From assembly GCA_037134015.1 (NCBI GenBank), contig JBAXNB010000001.1:1-44209 (forward strand): a stretch of 44,209 nucleotides of DNA. The letters are read 5' to 3'. Positions 9,776-20,097 of the stretch are shown one piece after another (the stretch's first letter is position 1; every line of letters begins with the position of its first letter). This stretch comes from Betaproteobacteria bacterium (GTDB taxonomy: Bacteria; Pseudomonadota; Gammaproteobacteria; Burkholderiales; Burkholderiaceae_C). A program made the translations under genes and the position numbers. The notes under the pieces were generated by a model. It ran no database searches, was not told the DNA's origin, and saw nothing but the letters and a program-made list of their open reading frames with translations.

Positions 9776-9960
9776 GTTTAGGTCTACAATAAGGCAAAGT
9801 TGACTGGATATTTAAGCCAATTGTAAGCAAAAAGGAAGTTTAATGCATCCGAACATGATACATTTCTAGGCGGTAAAGTATAGATCCATTTATTGACCCA
9901 GCTTTCTCATTGTCCGGCCCTTTTTGGCTCTATTTTCCCCTTCCGATTTAAGAGAACATC

Positions 9961-11121
9961 ATGAAAATTCACGAATACCAAGGCAAAGATATTTTGCGTC
10001 AATTTGGCGTGCCCGTTCCCAGAGGAATTCCAGCCTTTACAGTTCAAGAGGCTGTTGAGGCTGCCCAAAAACTTGGCGGTCCGGTTTGGGTGGTCAAGGC
10101 CCAAATTCATGCCGGTGGACGCGGCAAAGGAGGCGGGGTCAAGTTGGCACGCTCCATCGATGAGGTCAAGACGTTGGCCAGTGAGATCTTAGGCATGCAA
10201 TTGATCACCCATCAAACAGGCCCCCTAGGACAAAAGGTTCGAAGACTTCTCATTGAAGAAGGTGCGGACATTAAAAAAGAATACTACGTCTCTGTGGTGA
10301 CCGATCGCGCATCTCAGAAAATTGCCCTCATGGCCTCCTCTGAAGGCGGTATGGACATTGAAGAAGTTGCCCACGCCACACCCGAAAAAATCATCAAAGT
10401 CTTTGTCGACCCACTTGCGGGCTTACAAGACGCGCAGGCAAAAGAGCTGTGCAACGGAATTGGAGTTCCTGAAGGCTCACAAGACGAGGCCATCCAGGTG
10501 ATGAAAGGCTTGTACACCGCCTATATGCAAACCGACTGCTCTTTGGCTGAGATCAACCCACTGATCCTAGAAGGCAATGGTCACATCAAGGCCTTGGATG
10601 CAAAATTCAACTTTGATCCCAATGCTTTGTTCCGCCATCCCGAAATTGTTGCCTACCGAGATCTTGACGAAGAGGATGCTGCGGAGATTGAAGCGAGCAA
10701 GTTTGATCTCGCCTACATCAGCTTGGATGGCAATATAGGATGCTTGGTCAATGGTGCAGGCTTGGCCATGGCCACCATGGATACGATCAAGCTCTTTGGC
10801 GCTGAACCCGCCAACTTCCTTGATGTCGGTGGAGGAGCAACCCCTGAAAAAGTCACCGAAGCCTTCAAAATCATGCTGAAAAACCCCAAAGTCAAAGCCA
10901 TTTTGGTCAATATCTTTGGTGGCATCATGCGCTGCGACACCATTGCCACAGGGGTGATTTCAGCATGCAAAGCCGTCAATCTGAGCGTGCCCCTGGTGGT
11001 TCGCATGAAAGGCACCAATGAGGAACTTGGTAAGAAAATGCTCGCTGATTCCGGCCTTCCCATCATCAGTGCCGACACCATGGCTGAAGCGGCTCAAAAA
11101 GTCGTTGCCGCACTGAAATAA
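9961..11121 (+). CDS. sucC: Succinyl-CoA synthetase beta subunit
   Basis: [54 protein letters not shown]. Confidence 0.99.
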   Translation: MKIHEYQGKDILRQFGVPVPRGIPAFTVQEAVEAAQKLGGPVWVVKAQIHAGGRGKGGGVKLARSIDEVKTLASEILGMQLITHQTGPLGQKVRRLLIEEGADIKKEYYVSVVTDRASQKIALMASSEGGMDIEEVAHATPEKIIKVFVDPLAGLQDAQAKELCNGIGVPEGSQDEAIQVMKGLYTAYMQTDCSLAEINPLILEGNGHIKALDAKFNFDPNALFRHPEIVAYRDLDEEDAAEIEASKFDLAYISLDGNIGCLVNGAGLAMATMDTIKLFGAEPANFLDVGGGATPEKVTEAFKIMLKNPKVKAILVNIFGGIMRCDTIATGVISACKAVNLSVPLVVRMKGTNEELGKKMLADSGLPIISADTMAEAAQKVVAALK

Positions 11122-11138
11122 GCCTCAAGGATTTCAAC

Positions 11139-12032
11139 ATGTCTATCTACATCAACAAAAACACCAAAGTCATCACCCAAGGCATTACCGGCAAAACTGG
11201 TCAATTCCATACTGAAAAGTGCCAAGAATACGCCAACGGAAAAGAATGCTTTGTCGCTGGCGTCAATCCTAAAAAAGCTGGAGAGTCGATCTTTGGCATT
11301 CCCATTTATGGATCTGTCAAAGAAGCGGCAACACATACTGGTGCAACTGTGTCCGTTATCTACGTACCTCCTGCTGGTGCCGCAGCAGCCATTTGGGAAG
11401 CCATCGAAGCTGACCTGGACTTGGCCATTTGCATCACCGAGGGGATACCCGTTCGCGACATGTTGGAAGTCAGAAACAAAATGAAAGCCAAGGAAGCTGC
11501 AGGCGGTAAAAAAACTCTGCTGCTTGGCCCTAACTGCCCAGGCCTGATCACACCCGATGAAATTAAAATTGGTATCATGCCAGGCCATATCCACAGGAAG
11601 GGTCGCATTGGTGTCGTCTCTCGCTCAGGCACATTGACCTATGAAGCTGTGGCCCAATTGACGGAAATTGGACTAGGTCAATCCAGCGCTGTTGGCATCG
11701 GTGGCGACCCCATCAATGGCTTAAAGCACATCGATGTCATGAGAGCCTTCAATGACGATCCTGACACGGATGCGGTCATCATGATTGGTGAGATTGGTGG
11801 CCCAGATGAAGCTGAAGCTGCTCGCTGGTGCAAAACCAACATGAAAAAACCCATTGTTGGCTTTATTGCAGGCGTGACGGCACCAGCAGGAAAACGCATG
11901 GGACACGCTGGTGCCTTGATTTCAGGTGGCTAAGACACCGCCGACGCAAAACTTGCAATCATGGAGGAATGCGGCTTTAAGGTCACGCGAAATCCATCAG
12001 AGATGGCCAAACTTCTTAAAGCTTTGCTTTAA
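11139..12032 (+). pseudogene. sucD: Succinyl-CoA synthetase alpha subunit interrupted by an in-frame TAA at 11931-11933 (true nonsense mutation or base-call error)
   Basis: [23 protein letters not shown] and KRMGHAGA motifs. After the TAA the same frame continues DTADAKLAIMEECGFKVTRNPSEMAKLLKALL* to 12032, a typical SucD C-terminus (297 codons in total). Confidence 0.88.
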
Positions 12033-12134
12033 TCACGAAGAGCTCGATGGGTTGACTTTCTGTTAAACTTTTAAGTCAATTAGGTTTTTCAAGTCACTTA
12101 CCGTTCATTCACTTAACCAACACGGTGTCAAAGC

Positions 12135-12839
12135 ATGGAATTTTTACAAACTGCCGACTTTTGGATTGGCTTGTTCAACATTATCTTGATCAACATTATT
12201 TTGTCTGGCGACAATGCTGTCGTCATTGCACTTGCTGCTAGGAGCTTGCCACCTAAAGAGAGAAAGTTAGCTATCCTTTACGGCTCTGGCGCTGCAGTGG
12301 TTTTAAGAATCTTGCTCACCGTCGTTGCCGCGAAATTACTTGAGCTTCCCTATTTGCAAATCATTGGTGGCCTGTTACTTTTATGGATTGGTGTTCAATT
12401 GTTGGCCGAGGAAGACGATGGCGAGGAAGGAGAGGCCAAGGAGCACTCCAGTTTGCGCTCAGCGATGTTGACCATCTTGGTTGCCGATTTGGTCATGAGC
12501 TTGGACAATGTCATCGGCGTTGCTGCGGCAGCTAAAGGCTCGATGATCTTACTGGTTCTTGGACTGGCCATCAGTATTCCACTCATCGTGTTCAGCAGCA
12601 ACATCATGATGAACCTCATGGCCAGATTCCCACTGATCATCACTCTCGGTGCCGCGTTGATTGGCTGGGTCAGTGGCGAAGCGGTCATTCATGACACGGC
12701 CATCCATGATTGGGTACAAGAGAACCCTGTTTTGAATTATGCGGTCCCCGCTGTGTGTGCCGCATTTGTGGTCGTCGTTGGTAAATATTTACAAAGAAAA
12801 TCTTCCTCTGAAGATACCCCAGCCTCAGAAACTCATTGA
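12135..12839 (+). CDS. TerC/YjbE-family integral membrane protein
   Basis: LSGDNAVVIALA and ADLVMSLDNV signatures; several TM helices. Confidence 0.92.
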   Translation: MEFLQTADFWIGLFNIILINIILSGDNAVVIALAARSLPPKERKLAILYGSGAAVVLRILLTVVAAKLLELPYLQIIGGLLLLWIGVQLLAEEDDGEEGEAKEHSSLRSAMLTILVADLVMSLDNVIGVAAAAKGSMILLVLGLAISIPLIVFSSNIMMNLMARFPLIITLGAALIGWVSGEAVIHDTAIHDWVQENPVLNYAVPAVCAAFVVVVGKYLQRKSSSEDTPASETH

Positions 12840-12858
12840 GTTTTGATACTCAGGTTTT

Positions 12859-12890
12859 AAAGCCCTTGATGAGTTCAAGGGCTTTTTTAT
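12859..12890. terminator. Intrinsic terminator between convergent TerC gene and moaC (possibly bidirectional)
   Basis: Perfect stem AAAGCCCTTGA-TGAGT-TCAAGGGCTTT followed by TTTAT. Confidence 0.85.
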
Positions 12891-12903
12891 TTCTCCTTGC
12901 ACT

Positions 12904-13383
12904 TCAAGCAGCTTTATAACTACCGGATTGGCCGCCGTGCTTCTCTAACAGGGACACGTGCGTTATCACCATGCCTCGATCAACGGCCTTGCACATGTCA
13001 TAAACGGTTAAAAGTGCAAGCTGTACGCCCGTCAGCGCTTCCATCTCAACCCCAGTTGATCCAATGGTCTCTGCTTGAACTTGGCATCTTAGACCGTGTT
13101 CATTTTCTCGCTCTATCCAACTCCAATCCAATGTGACGCGTGTTAAAAACAAAGGGTGGCACAAGGGGATCAGATCGCTTGTTTTTTTTGCCCCTTGAAT
13201 ACCCGCGATCCTGGCAACACCCAAAACATCTCCCTTTTTGGCATCCCCTTTTTGAATCAGTTGCAAAGTTTTTTTATCCATCAAGATGCTGCCTTGTGCG
13301 ACAGCAATTCGATGGGTGATTGGTTTTTGCGATACATCCACCATATGTGCATCGCCTTTCGCATCAAAATGGGTCAAGTCCAT
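12904..13383 (-). CDS. moaC: Cyclic pyranopterin monophosphate synthase MoaC
   Basis: LTHFD...[36 protein letters not shown]. Start placed at ATG 13383, after a GGAG SD. Confidence 0.96.
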   Translation of the reverse strand: MDLTHFDAKGDAHMVDVSQKPITHRIAVAQGSILMDKKTLQLIQKGDAKKGDVLGVARIAGIQGAKKTSDLIPLCHPLFLTRVTLDWSWIERENEHGLRCQVQAETIGSTGVEMEALTGVQLALLTVYDMCKAVDRGMVITHVSLLEKHGGQSGSYKAA

Positions 13384-13492
13384 TTCATCTCCACTTGTCG
13401 AGTTCATATTCGCTGATTGCTGTTTGTGCATAGAACTCGTATCATACTCAATTGAATGCAACTTCTGAGCCCTACTGTTCGCAGACTCAAAA

Positions 13493-15067
13493 ATGACACC
13501 CCTTTCATTGTTTCAAAAATTAAGGTTCTGTATTTGCCTGCTCGGCTTGAGCTTGCTGTTTGCTCATGCTCAAACGCCTATCACCGTTCGAAAAGATGCC
13601 CGGCTTCCAAGCTTAGGGGACGGCTCAGAGATGGCGTTAGGTGAGGAAAGGCACATTGGCGAGTCAGTCATGCGGGAAATTTTTAAAGATCCAGATTACC
13701 TGCAAGACCCTATCTTGTTGGATTATTTGCTTTCTGTCTGGCAGCCACTCATTGATGCATCAAAACTAAGGGGTGACTTGTCTGCTGAAATGGAGCAACG
13801 CTTTGCTTGGCAGGGCTTTTTAGTAAAGGATCCCAGCATCAATGCCTTTGCATTGCCTGGTGGCTACATGGGTGTGCATTTGGGCCTGATCTCAGCCGTT
13901 TCAAACCGAGATGAGCTGGCCTCTGTGCTTGCTCATGAATTGAGTCACATCACACAAAGACACATCTCCAGACTTTTTGCTCAACAAGCCCAACAAACAC
14001 CGCTAATGCTTGGCGCCATGGTGCTTGGTATCATCGCGGCAGGTAAAAACCCTAATGCGGCAAGCGCCCTCATGGTGGGTGGCCAAGCTGTAGCGACCCA
14101 AAACCAGCTTAACTTCTCTAGAGACATGGAGCGCGAAGCAGATCGAGTTGGATATGGCGTGATGCTTCAGGCAGGCTATGAAGGCAGTGGCTTTGTAAGT
14201 ATGTTTCAAAAACTTCAGCAAGCCTCTAGACTCAACGACAATGGCTCTTACCCCTATTTAAGAAGTCATCCCCTGACGACAGAGCGTATCGCTGACATGG
14301 CATCCAGGCAAGTTGGTTTGTCTGAAGGCGTGAATCCTCAGAACTCGATGCCCAGCAATTGGGGCCATTTGGTGATGAGCGCCAGGGCTAAAGTTTTAAC
14401 CAAGCCCAACTCGGACGCCTATCAACTCAACATTGATTTAGCCCATAAAGCGCTTAAAAATCCCAATGAACTCTTGTCCAATCAAATCGCTTTGCTGTAC
14501 GCAGGGGTTTTGTCGTCCCTAAAAGTCTCTAATATCAACCAAGCAAGACAGTTTCTTACCAGCTTGGAAAAACTGTCCTATCAGGCTAAAACACCTGAGT
14601 TCAGTTTGCAATTGTCTTTGTTACAAGCACAGTTTTTTTATGAAGAGAATCAACCCATGCTCGCCTTGGGCATTCTTAACGCATTGCCAAAATCACGTGC
14701 CGTTCAATTCATGCTCTGTGAGAACCAACTTAAACTAAGTACCAGAGAAGCTAAATTAACTTGTACCCTCTCTCTAAGAGACTGGCTGAGTGCTCATCCC
14801 AAAGATATCCATGCTTGGGAATTGTTGTCTGATGCACAACAAAAAAGTCAAGATCTTTTGAGCTCTATTCGTTCGATGGCAGAAGCTTTTGCGTTGAAGT
14901 TTGACTATGTACCTGCAATCGATAGATTGTATGCTGCGCAATCATTGTCCAAAGAACTCAGCAAAAAAACTGGTCTCACCAAGGCTCAAGAAGTGGAGTC
15001 TTCCATCATTGACTCTCGACTGCGAACTTTATTGGCTCTGCGTCGAGAACAGTCGCTCCAGCGCTGA
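13493..15067 (+). CDS. M48-family periplasmic metalloprotease (BepA/YfgC-like)
   Basis: Signal peptide, INAFALPGG, zinc motif [24 protein letters not shown], helical TPR-like C-terminus. Confidence 0.92.
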   Translation: MTPLSLFQKLRFCICLLGLSLLFAHAQTPITVRKDARLPSLGDGSEMALGEERHIGESVMREIFKDPDYLQDPILLDYLLSVWQPLIDASKLRGDLSAEMEQRFAWQGFLVKDPSINAFALPGGYMGVHLGLISAVSNRDELASVLAHELSHITQRHISRLFAQQAQQTPLMLGAMVLGIIAAGKNPNAASALMVGGQAVATQNQLNFSRDMEREADRVGYGVMLQAGYEGSGFVSMFQKLQQASRLNDNGSYPYLRSHPLTTERIADMASRQVGLSEGVNPQNSMPSNWGHLVMSARAKVLTKPNSDAYQLNIDLAHKALKNPNELLSNQIALLYAGVLSSLKVSNINQARQFLTSLEKLSYQAKTPEFSLQLSLLQAQFFYEENQPMLALGILNALPKSRAVQFMLCENQLKLSTREAKLTCTLSLRDWLSAHPKDIHAWELLSDAQQKSQDLLSSIRSMAEAFALKFDYVPAIDRLYAAQSLSKELSKKTGLTKAQEVESSIIDSRLRTLLALRREQSLQR

Positions 15068-15388
15068 ATCGATAAAAATATTGAACAAGCTGTAGATCAA
15101 GGACCCAAACAAGGCATGCCCAAAAGTTTGAACTTGAAAGCCCTCTAGCATGGCTGATGCCATCCAAAACAAGAAGGCATTGATCACAAATAAAAATAGA
15201 CCTAAAGTAATCAAAGTCACTGGCAACGTCAACACCACCAAAATAGGTCTGACAATTAGATTTAAACAGCCAATCACCAGCGTTGCAAACAAGGCCGACT
15301 GAAAGCCATTGATAGCAATTCCCGCATCAATATATGAAAGGCTCATCAGAGCAAAGGCACTCAAAAACCACTTAAAAAGTATTTTCAT
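15029..15388 (-). CDS. YvlD-like four-TM membrane protein ('phage holin superfamily IV')
   Basis: LNLIVRPILVVLTLPVTLITLGLFLFVINA signature; four hydrophobic segments. Confidence 0.85.
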   Translation of the reverse strand: MKILFKWFLSAFALMSLSYIDAGIAINGFQSALFATLVIGCLNLIVRPILVVLTLPVTLITLGLFLFVINAFLFWMASAMLEGFQVQTFGHALFGSLIYSLFNIFIDSALERLFSTQSQ

Positions 15389-15522
15389 GTTGAAACAATG
15401 TTCTGATGGCTTGTCGCGATGCTTGGCTATCGCTTTATAAATTTAGTTTTTATCAGGCTTGTTGACACACTATATACCGTTTTCTGGATTTTGAGGATTT
15501 ATACGTTTATGATAGCCCTCCT

Positions 15523-15957
15523 ATGTCTTCTATACACATCACCGATATTGAAGCAGCCATTAATTATTGGCGCAACAAAGACCCCTCAAAAGATGGCATC
15601 ACACTTTCTAGTGCATTGAGATCACTTGCACATGTTTACGCACTGATGGTTCACTTTCATGAAGAAGAGGTCTCCATCAATGGTTTTCCTTCACAGGCCA
15701 TGGAAGCATGGATGGCTTGGTATGAAAGTGTTGAAGACACCCCATGCATCGCCATTTGCTCTACAAGTCAGGGTGACGAAATTTGCAAGGGTTGTGGCCG
15801 TACTTTTCAAGAGGTTCAGGATTGGACACAAATGAATCCCTCACAAAAACGCCATACTTGGAGAAGAATCACCATGGAAAATACCGCATGGCGATTCAAC
15901 CGTTACCTTGAGCGAGCTTCCCTCAAAGCGATAAATATCGATAAGCCCGAACAATAA
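15523..15957 (+). CDS. DUF3717 domain fused to a Cys-rich DUF1289-like domain
   Basis: N-terminal IHITDIEAAINYWR; C-terminal PCIAICS...CKGCGRT...W. Confidence 0.78.
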   Translation: MSSIHITDIEAAINYWRNKDPSKDGITLSSALRSLAHVYALMVHFHEEEVSINGFPSQAMEAWMAWYESVEDTPCIAICSTSQGDEICKGCGRTFQEVQDWTQMNPSQKRHTWRRITMENTAWRFNRYLERASLKAINIDKPEQ

Positions 15958-15969
15958 AGTGTCGTGACT

Positions 15970-17406
15970 TTATGGTGCTCCAAGTCGTTTAGCAAGAGTT
16001 GCCGCTAGGCCAAGGTAAGTTTCTGGTCTTAGGGCGAGCAAGCGCTCCTTTTCCTCAGAAGGTATGTCCAATGTTTCTATCAATTTTTTTAAGTCACCTT
16101 GCGTAACAGTCCTCCCCCTTGTCAACTCCTTGAGACTTTCATACGCACCATGAACACCATAACGACGCATGACAGTTTGTATAGGCTCTGCCAAAACCTC
16201 CCAGGCCGCATCCAAGTCTTCAGAAAGCTTAGCATGGTTGATTTCTAATTTTGATAAGCCCGTCAACAAAGATTGATACGCCAAAATAGAATACCCAAAA
16301 GCAACGCCAACGTTACGAATGACCGTGCTATCGGTCAAATCTCTTTGAAAGCGACTGATGGGAAGTTTTTCACTCATATGTCTCAGCAGTGCATTGGCTA
16401 GGCCGAGATTGCCCTCAGCATTTTCAAAATCAATCGGATTGACTTTGTGAGGCATTGTGGATGAACCAATTTCTCCCTCTTTTAAGCGTTGCTTAAAGTA
16501 GCCCAAAGAGATGTAACCCCAAATATCTCTGCACCAATCGATCAAGATGACATTTAACCTAGATAGAGCGTCAAAGAATTCAGCCATATAGTCATGCGAC
16601 TCAATTTGCGTGCTGTAAGCCTGAAAACTCAAACCCAGACCCAAGTGATTATCCAAGGATGCACCTTCCCTATAAGCGGGTCCCTCAATCACATTTTTAG
16701 CAACTTTTTCCCAATCAATGTCTGGATAAGCCGCCAATTGAGCATTGTAATTGCCCACAGCACCATTCATCTTTGCCATCAAGGGGATTGACTCTAGGCG
16801 ATTTCTAGCATTTTTTAATCGAACAACAAAATTAGCAATTTCCTTTCCAACCGAGGTCGGGGTTGCAGTTTGTCCATGTGTTCGAGAAAGCATGGGTACA
16901 TCTGCATACTCTTGGGACAAACCCATCATCGTTTCAATGACACGACCCATGAAAGGCAACAACACCTGGTCTCTGGCCGCTTGAATTTGTAAGGCATGGC
17001 TGGTGTTGTTGATGTCTTCACTCGTCATCGAGAAGTGAACCATTTCTCCCATGTTTTCCAATTCTTTTTTAACCGATGCAGTCATGTGCTTGGCTTTGAA
17101 TTGACTCTTTATCCAATACTCAACAGCCTTCACATCGTGATTGGTGGTTTTTTCGATTTCTTTGACTTCAAGAGCATGTTCGTGGGTAAAGTTTTGAAAC
17201 AAGCCAATCAAATAGGCTTTACTTTCTTTAGAAAAAGGGGGGCACTCACTCAAGCCCAATTGACTTAAAGCAATGAACCAAGTGATTTCTACTTGTACAC
17301 GTCGCTGTATATAGCCCATTTCCGACATAATGGGTCTTAAACTGGACACTTTGGCCGCGTACCGACCATCCAAAGGCGATAATGCAAGTAAGGGAGAATA
17401 GTTCAT
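15970..17406 (-). CDS. purB: Adenylosuccinate lyase
   Basis: ALSPLDGRY, TNHDVKAVEY, SRTHGQ, and the fumarate-lyase signature GSSTMPHKVNPIDFENAEGN. Confidence 0.97.
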   Translation of the reverse strand: MNYSPLLALSPLDGRYAAKVSSLRPIMSEMGYIQRRVQVEITWFIALSQLGLSECPPFSKESKAYLIGLFQNFTHEHALEVKEIEKTTNHDVKAVEYWIKSQFKAKHMTASVKKELENMGEMVHFSMTSEDINNTSHALQIQAARDQVLLPFMGRVIETMMGLSQEYADVPMLSRTHGQTATPTSVGKEIANFVVRLKNARNRLESIPLMAKMNGAVGNYNAQLAAYPDIDWEKVAKNVIEGPAYREGASLDNHLGLGLSFQAYSTQIESHDYMAEFFDALSRLNVILIDWCRDIWGYISLGYFKQRLKEGEIGSSTMPHKVNPIDFENAEGNLGLANALLRHMSEKLPISRFQRDLTDSTVIRNVGVAFGYSILAYQSLLTGLSKLEINHAKLSEDLDAAWEVLAEPIQTVMRRYGVHGAYESLKELTRGRTVTQGDLKKLIETLDIPSEEKERLLALRPETYLGLAATLAKRLGAP

Positions 17407-17566
17407 CTAAACATTTTAAGCTCCATGAATGCCATCCTATTGGACCCAGAATTGAAATGGTATAAACAAACTTTTTATATGGTATTCATGCTTTAACTCG
17501 TCGCTATGACACAACACAAGTTTAAGGCCACACCTTAGAATCGTTCTCTATCTACAAATTTTAAAA

Positions 17567-18184
17567 ATGAAACTTATTGGTGCAATTACAAGCCCTTACG
17601 TGCGCAAGGTTCGTATCGTGATGGCCGAAAAAAAACTTGACTATCAACTCTTACACGAAGAAGTCTGGTCTACCCAAACCCAAATATCTGAATTTAATCC
17701 TCTGGGCAAAGTTCCCTGCTTGATCATGGAAGGCGGGGAGGCGTTGTTTGACTCCAGAGTCATCGTTGAATATTTGGACACCCTTTCGCCGGTTGGTAAA
17801 TTGATCCCTAGCAGCGGCAGAGAAAGGGCGGAAGTAAAAACTTGGGAGGCCTTATCAGATGGCGTTTTAGACGCATGTATTTTGGCGCGTCTCGAGCAAA
17901 CTTGGGCTGGTCGAAGCGAGCAAGAGCGTTCTAAAGCCTGGATTGATCGACAAATGGGAAAAGTCACGACAAGTCTTGCTGCCATGGAGAAAGGCTTGAG
18001 TGATAAACCTTTTTGTTGCGGCATTCATCTGAGCTTGGCTGATATTTCTGTGGGCTGTAGTTTGGGCTATTTAGACTTTAGGTTTCCGGATTTGAATTGG
18101 CGAGACTCACACCCTGAACTTGGCCGTCTTTTTGAAAAAATAAAAACTCGCGCGTCTTTTATTGAAACTGAACCGCACTCATAA
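17567..18184 (+). CDS. Glutathione S-transferase family protein
   Basis: SPYVRKVR, NPLGKVPCL, FDSRVIVEYLD, SLADI. Confidence 0.93.
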   Translation: MKLIGAITSPYVRKVRIVMAEKKLDYQLLHEEVWSTQTQISEFNPLGKVPCLIMEGGEALFDSRVIVEYLDTLSPVGKLIPSSGRERAEVKTWEALSDGVLDACILARLEQTWAGRSEQERSKAWIDRQMGKVTTSLAAMEKGLSDKPFCCGIHLSLADISVGCSLGYLDFRFPDLNWRDSHPELGRLFEKIKTRASFIETEPHS

Positions 18185-18646
18185 ATCAGTTCCTATTTTT
18201 TTCTTGAGCCATCTCAAAACATGTCCAAGCAAGGGGATTTTTTCATAGACCTCCTCTGCAGCATCCCAATAATCACGATGCATCTTCACCCTCCAATGGC
18301 TCAAATCATCAGAGGTCCATGCGAGATGACTTGCCCCATGAATGACCCTTTGCTCATTTGGTGACCAGTCTTTCAATGAGTAAGTAAATTCCCATGTTAA
18401 AAAAGATTGCTCTCCTTGCGTCACAACTTCTTTAACGCTGAAGGATGGAGCTTGAGTTGTATTGAACATATGCTCAAACAATTGAATGATTTTGTTGTGC
18501 CCCACAACTTCATTGAATGGATCTTTAAAGCTTGCCTGATCTGAGTAGATACCTTTGATCTCAGATAAGTTATTCATTGATATATTTTCATAAAAATAAA
18601 CCAATTCTTTAACTTTTAATTCTATCGGGTTCATATTTATTCTCAC
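18179..18646 (-). CDS. SnoaL-like / NTF2-family protein
   Basis: Y...ASFKDPFNEV, HRDYWDAAEEVYEKIPLLG; start overlaps the SDR stop. Confidence 0.85.
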   Translation of the reverse strand: MRINMNPIELKVKELVYFYENISMNNLSEIKGIYSDQASFKDPFNEVVGHNKIIQLFEHMFNTTQAPSFSVKEVVTQGEQSFLTWEFTYSLKDWSPNEQRVIHGASHLAWTSDDLSHWRVKMHRDYWDAAEEVYEKIPLLGHVLRWLKKKIGTDL

Positions 18647-19425
18647 ACCTTACTTTGCTTGGTCGCACTTTTGATCAATTTAAAGTAGAGAGCATATGGG
18701 AAAAGTTTTAAGAGTTTTAGAACCCTTGTGAATCGTTTCGGATAATGAATTTCGAAATCGCCCTTGCGCCAACCCTTGATCATCTCTCTAGCAGCAACAT
18801 CCGCAGAAATCAAAGCAGGCATATGAAAGTTGTTTTGAGCAGTTAACGGGGTTTGTACAAAACCTGGGTTGATGAGGCTCACGCCAATCCCCAGCTCATG
18901 TAGATCAAAGTACAAGGATTCACTCAAATTGATCAAAGCGGCTTTGGTGGGCCCATAGGCCAAACTTTTAGGCAAGCCTTGATAGCCGGCAACACTGGAG
19001 ATAATGCCGATGTGGCCATAACCCTGGGCCCTCAAAGGAGGCAATATATAAGACAAGACTCGGCATAAACCCAAATAATTGATGTCGTTGTGCTTGATCA
19101 TTTCCGCTAAATTATATTGAGCTGCACTTTGTTCTAAATAATGGCCCGCACAATAAATGACGACATCAATGCCTTGATGATTTTTTACGACATTGAATGC
19201 CTTTTCAATACTGTTGATGTTCATCACATCGATATCAACCGCTATGCCTGATGAGTGATCACGTACGAAAGCGTTCAATGCCTCCATGCTCCTTGCCGAT
19301 ACTGCAACCTTAGCACCCAAGCTGGCCAATTCCAATGCACAAGCCATTCCAATACCACTTGAAGCACCTATCAGCCAAACACTTTTATTGGCCCAGTCGA
19401 CAATGGGTAAATTAAGGGGCTTCAT
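18643..19425 (-). CDS. Short-chain dehydrogenase/reductase
   Basis: GASSGIG Rossmann motif, ISSVAG, catalytic YGPTK, NPGFVQTPLT. Confidence 0.93.
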   Translation of the reverse strand: MKPLNLPIVDWANKSVWLIGASSGIGMACALELASLGAKVAVSARSMEALNAFVRDHSSGIAVDIDVMNINSIEKAFNVVKNHQGIDVVIYCAGHYLEQSAAQYNLAEMIKHNDINYLGLCRVLSYILPPLRAQGYGHIGIISSVAGYQGLPKSLAYGPTKAALINLSESLYFDLHELGIGVSLINPGFVQTPLTAQNNFHMPALISADVAAREMIKGWRKGDFEIHYPKRFTRVLKLLKLFPYALYFKLIKSATKQSKV

Positions 19426-20021
19426 TGATTTTGTTGCTTTGCAACTGGGGCCTCTTTAGAAAAAGAAAGCGTCACCTCGCCCAAATAAATTCCCCACTTT
19501 GACATGCGCGCTTTGTTCAGCATGACTTTTTCGTCAATCTGATACATCCAGTCCTCAAATTGAACCTCCCAGTTGTTGTTGTCAACCGGCAAGGAGAGAA
19601 TATATTTCCACTGAAGTGCATTTCCACTGCTTTTACCACTTGCAAGACCAATCACATCGTCTGCCGTCCCTTGGTATGAACCGCCGCCTAAATCCTTTAA
19701 TTTCCATATCCTTTGTTGTTGAGTTCCATCAGAATAAAGGAATTTTTCATCTAAAACACCTTCATCTCCGACCCAAGAACAATTCATAAGGACCGTGAAT
19801 CTTTTAATGACTTCTCCGTTTCTATCGGTAAATATACCCCACGCTTTGACCTCACCGTTGAAGAACTCTTTCAAGTTCAACTGTGGCCTTTCATTTTTGT
19901 AGGTCAATACACTGGGACTTGAACAACCTTGCACGGTCAACATCAATGCAAGAAAAGTTACACAACTGGCAACACGGAACAATTTCACGCGCTCCATCAA
20001 AAATAAAATAAATTTACTCAC
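19422..20021 (-). CDS. DUF3833-family lipoprotein
   Basis: Lipobox VQGC, FFNG...AWGIF, FEDWMY, MSKWG; AAGGA SD before the GTG. Confidence 0.85.
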   Translation of the reverse strand: MSKFILFLMERVKLFRVASCVTFLALMLTVQGCSSPSVLTYKNERPQLNLKEFFNGEVKAWGIFTDRNGEVIKRFTVLMNCSWVGDEGVLDEKFLYSDGTQQQRIWKLKDLGGGSYQGTADDVIGLASGKSSGNALQWKYILSLPVDNNNWEVQFEDWMYQIDEKVMLNKARMSKWGIYLGEVTLSFSKEAPVAKQQNQ

Positions 20022-20097
20022 TATATTTCCTTGTTATTTAAATTGGCCCTTAAAGGAGACCTTAATTCAACTCTTTGTTTTTGAAAGATTTATTTTT

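Noticed and set aside
9803-9820. SOS-like CTGGATATTTAAGCCAA between argC and sucC
   Set aside because: It lacks the terminal CAG at the required 16-bp spacing.
11931-11933. Genetic-code reassignment of TAA
   Set aside because: TAA serves as the normal terminator of sucC, yajC, secD, secF and fba in this same window.
15029-15388. Prophage inferred from the 'holin' family gene
   Set aside because: YvlD-like proteins are ordinary chromosomal genes, and no endolysin, integrase or structural genes lie nearby.
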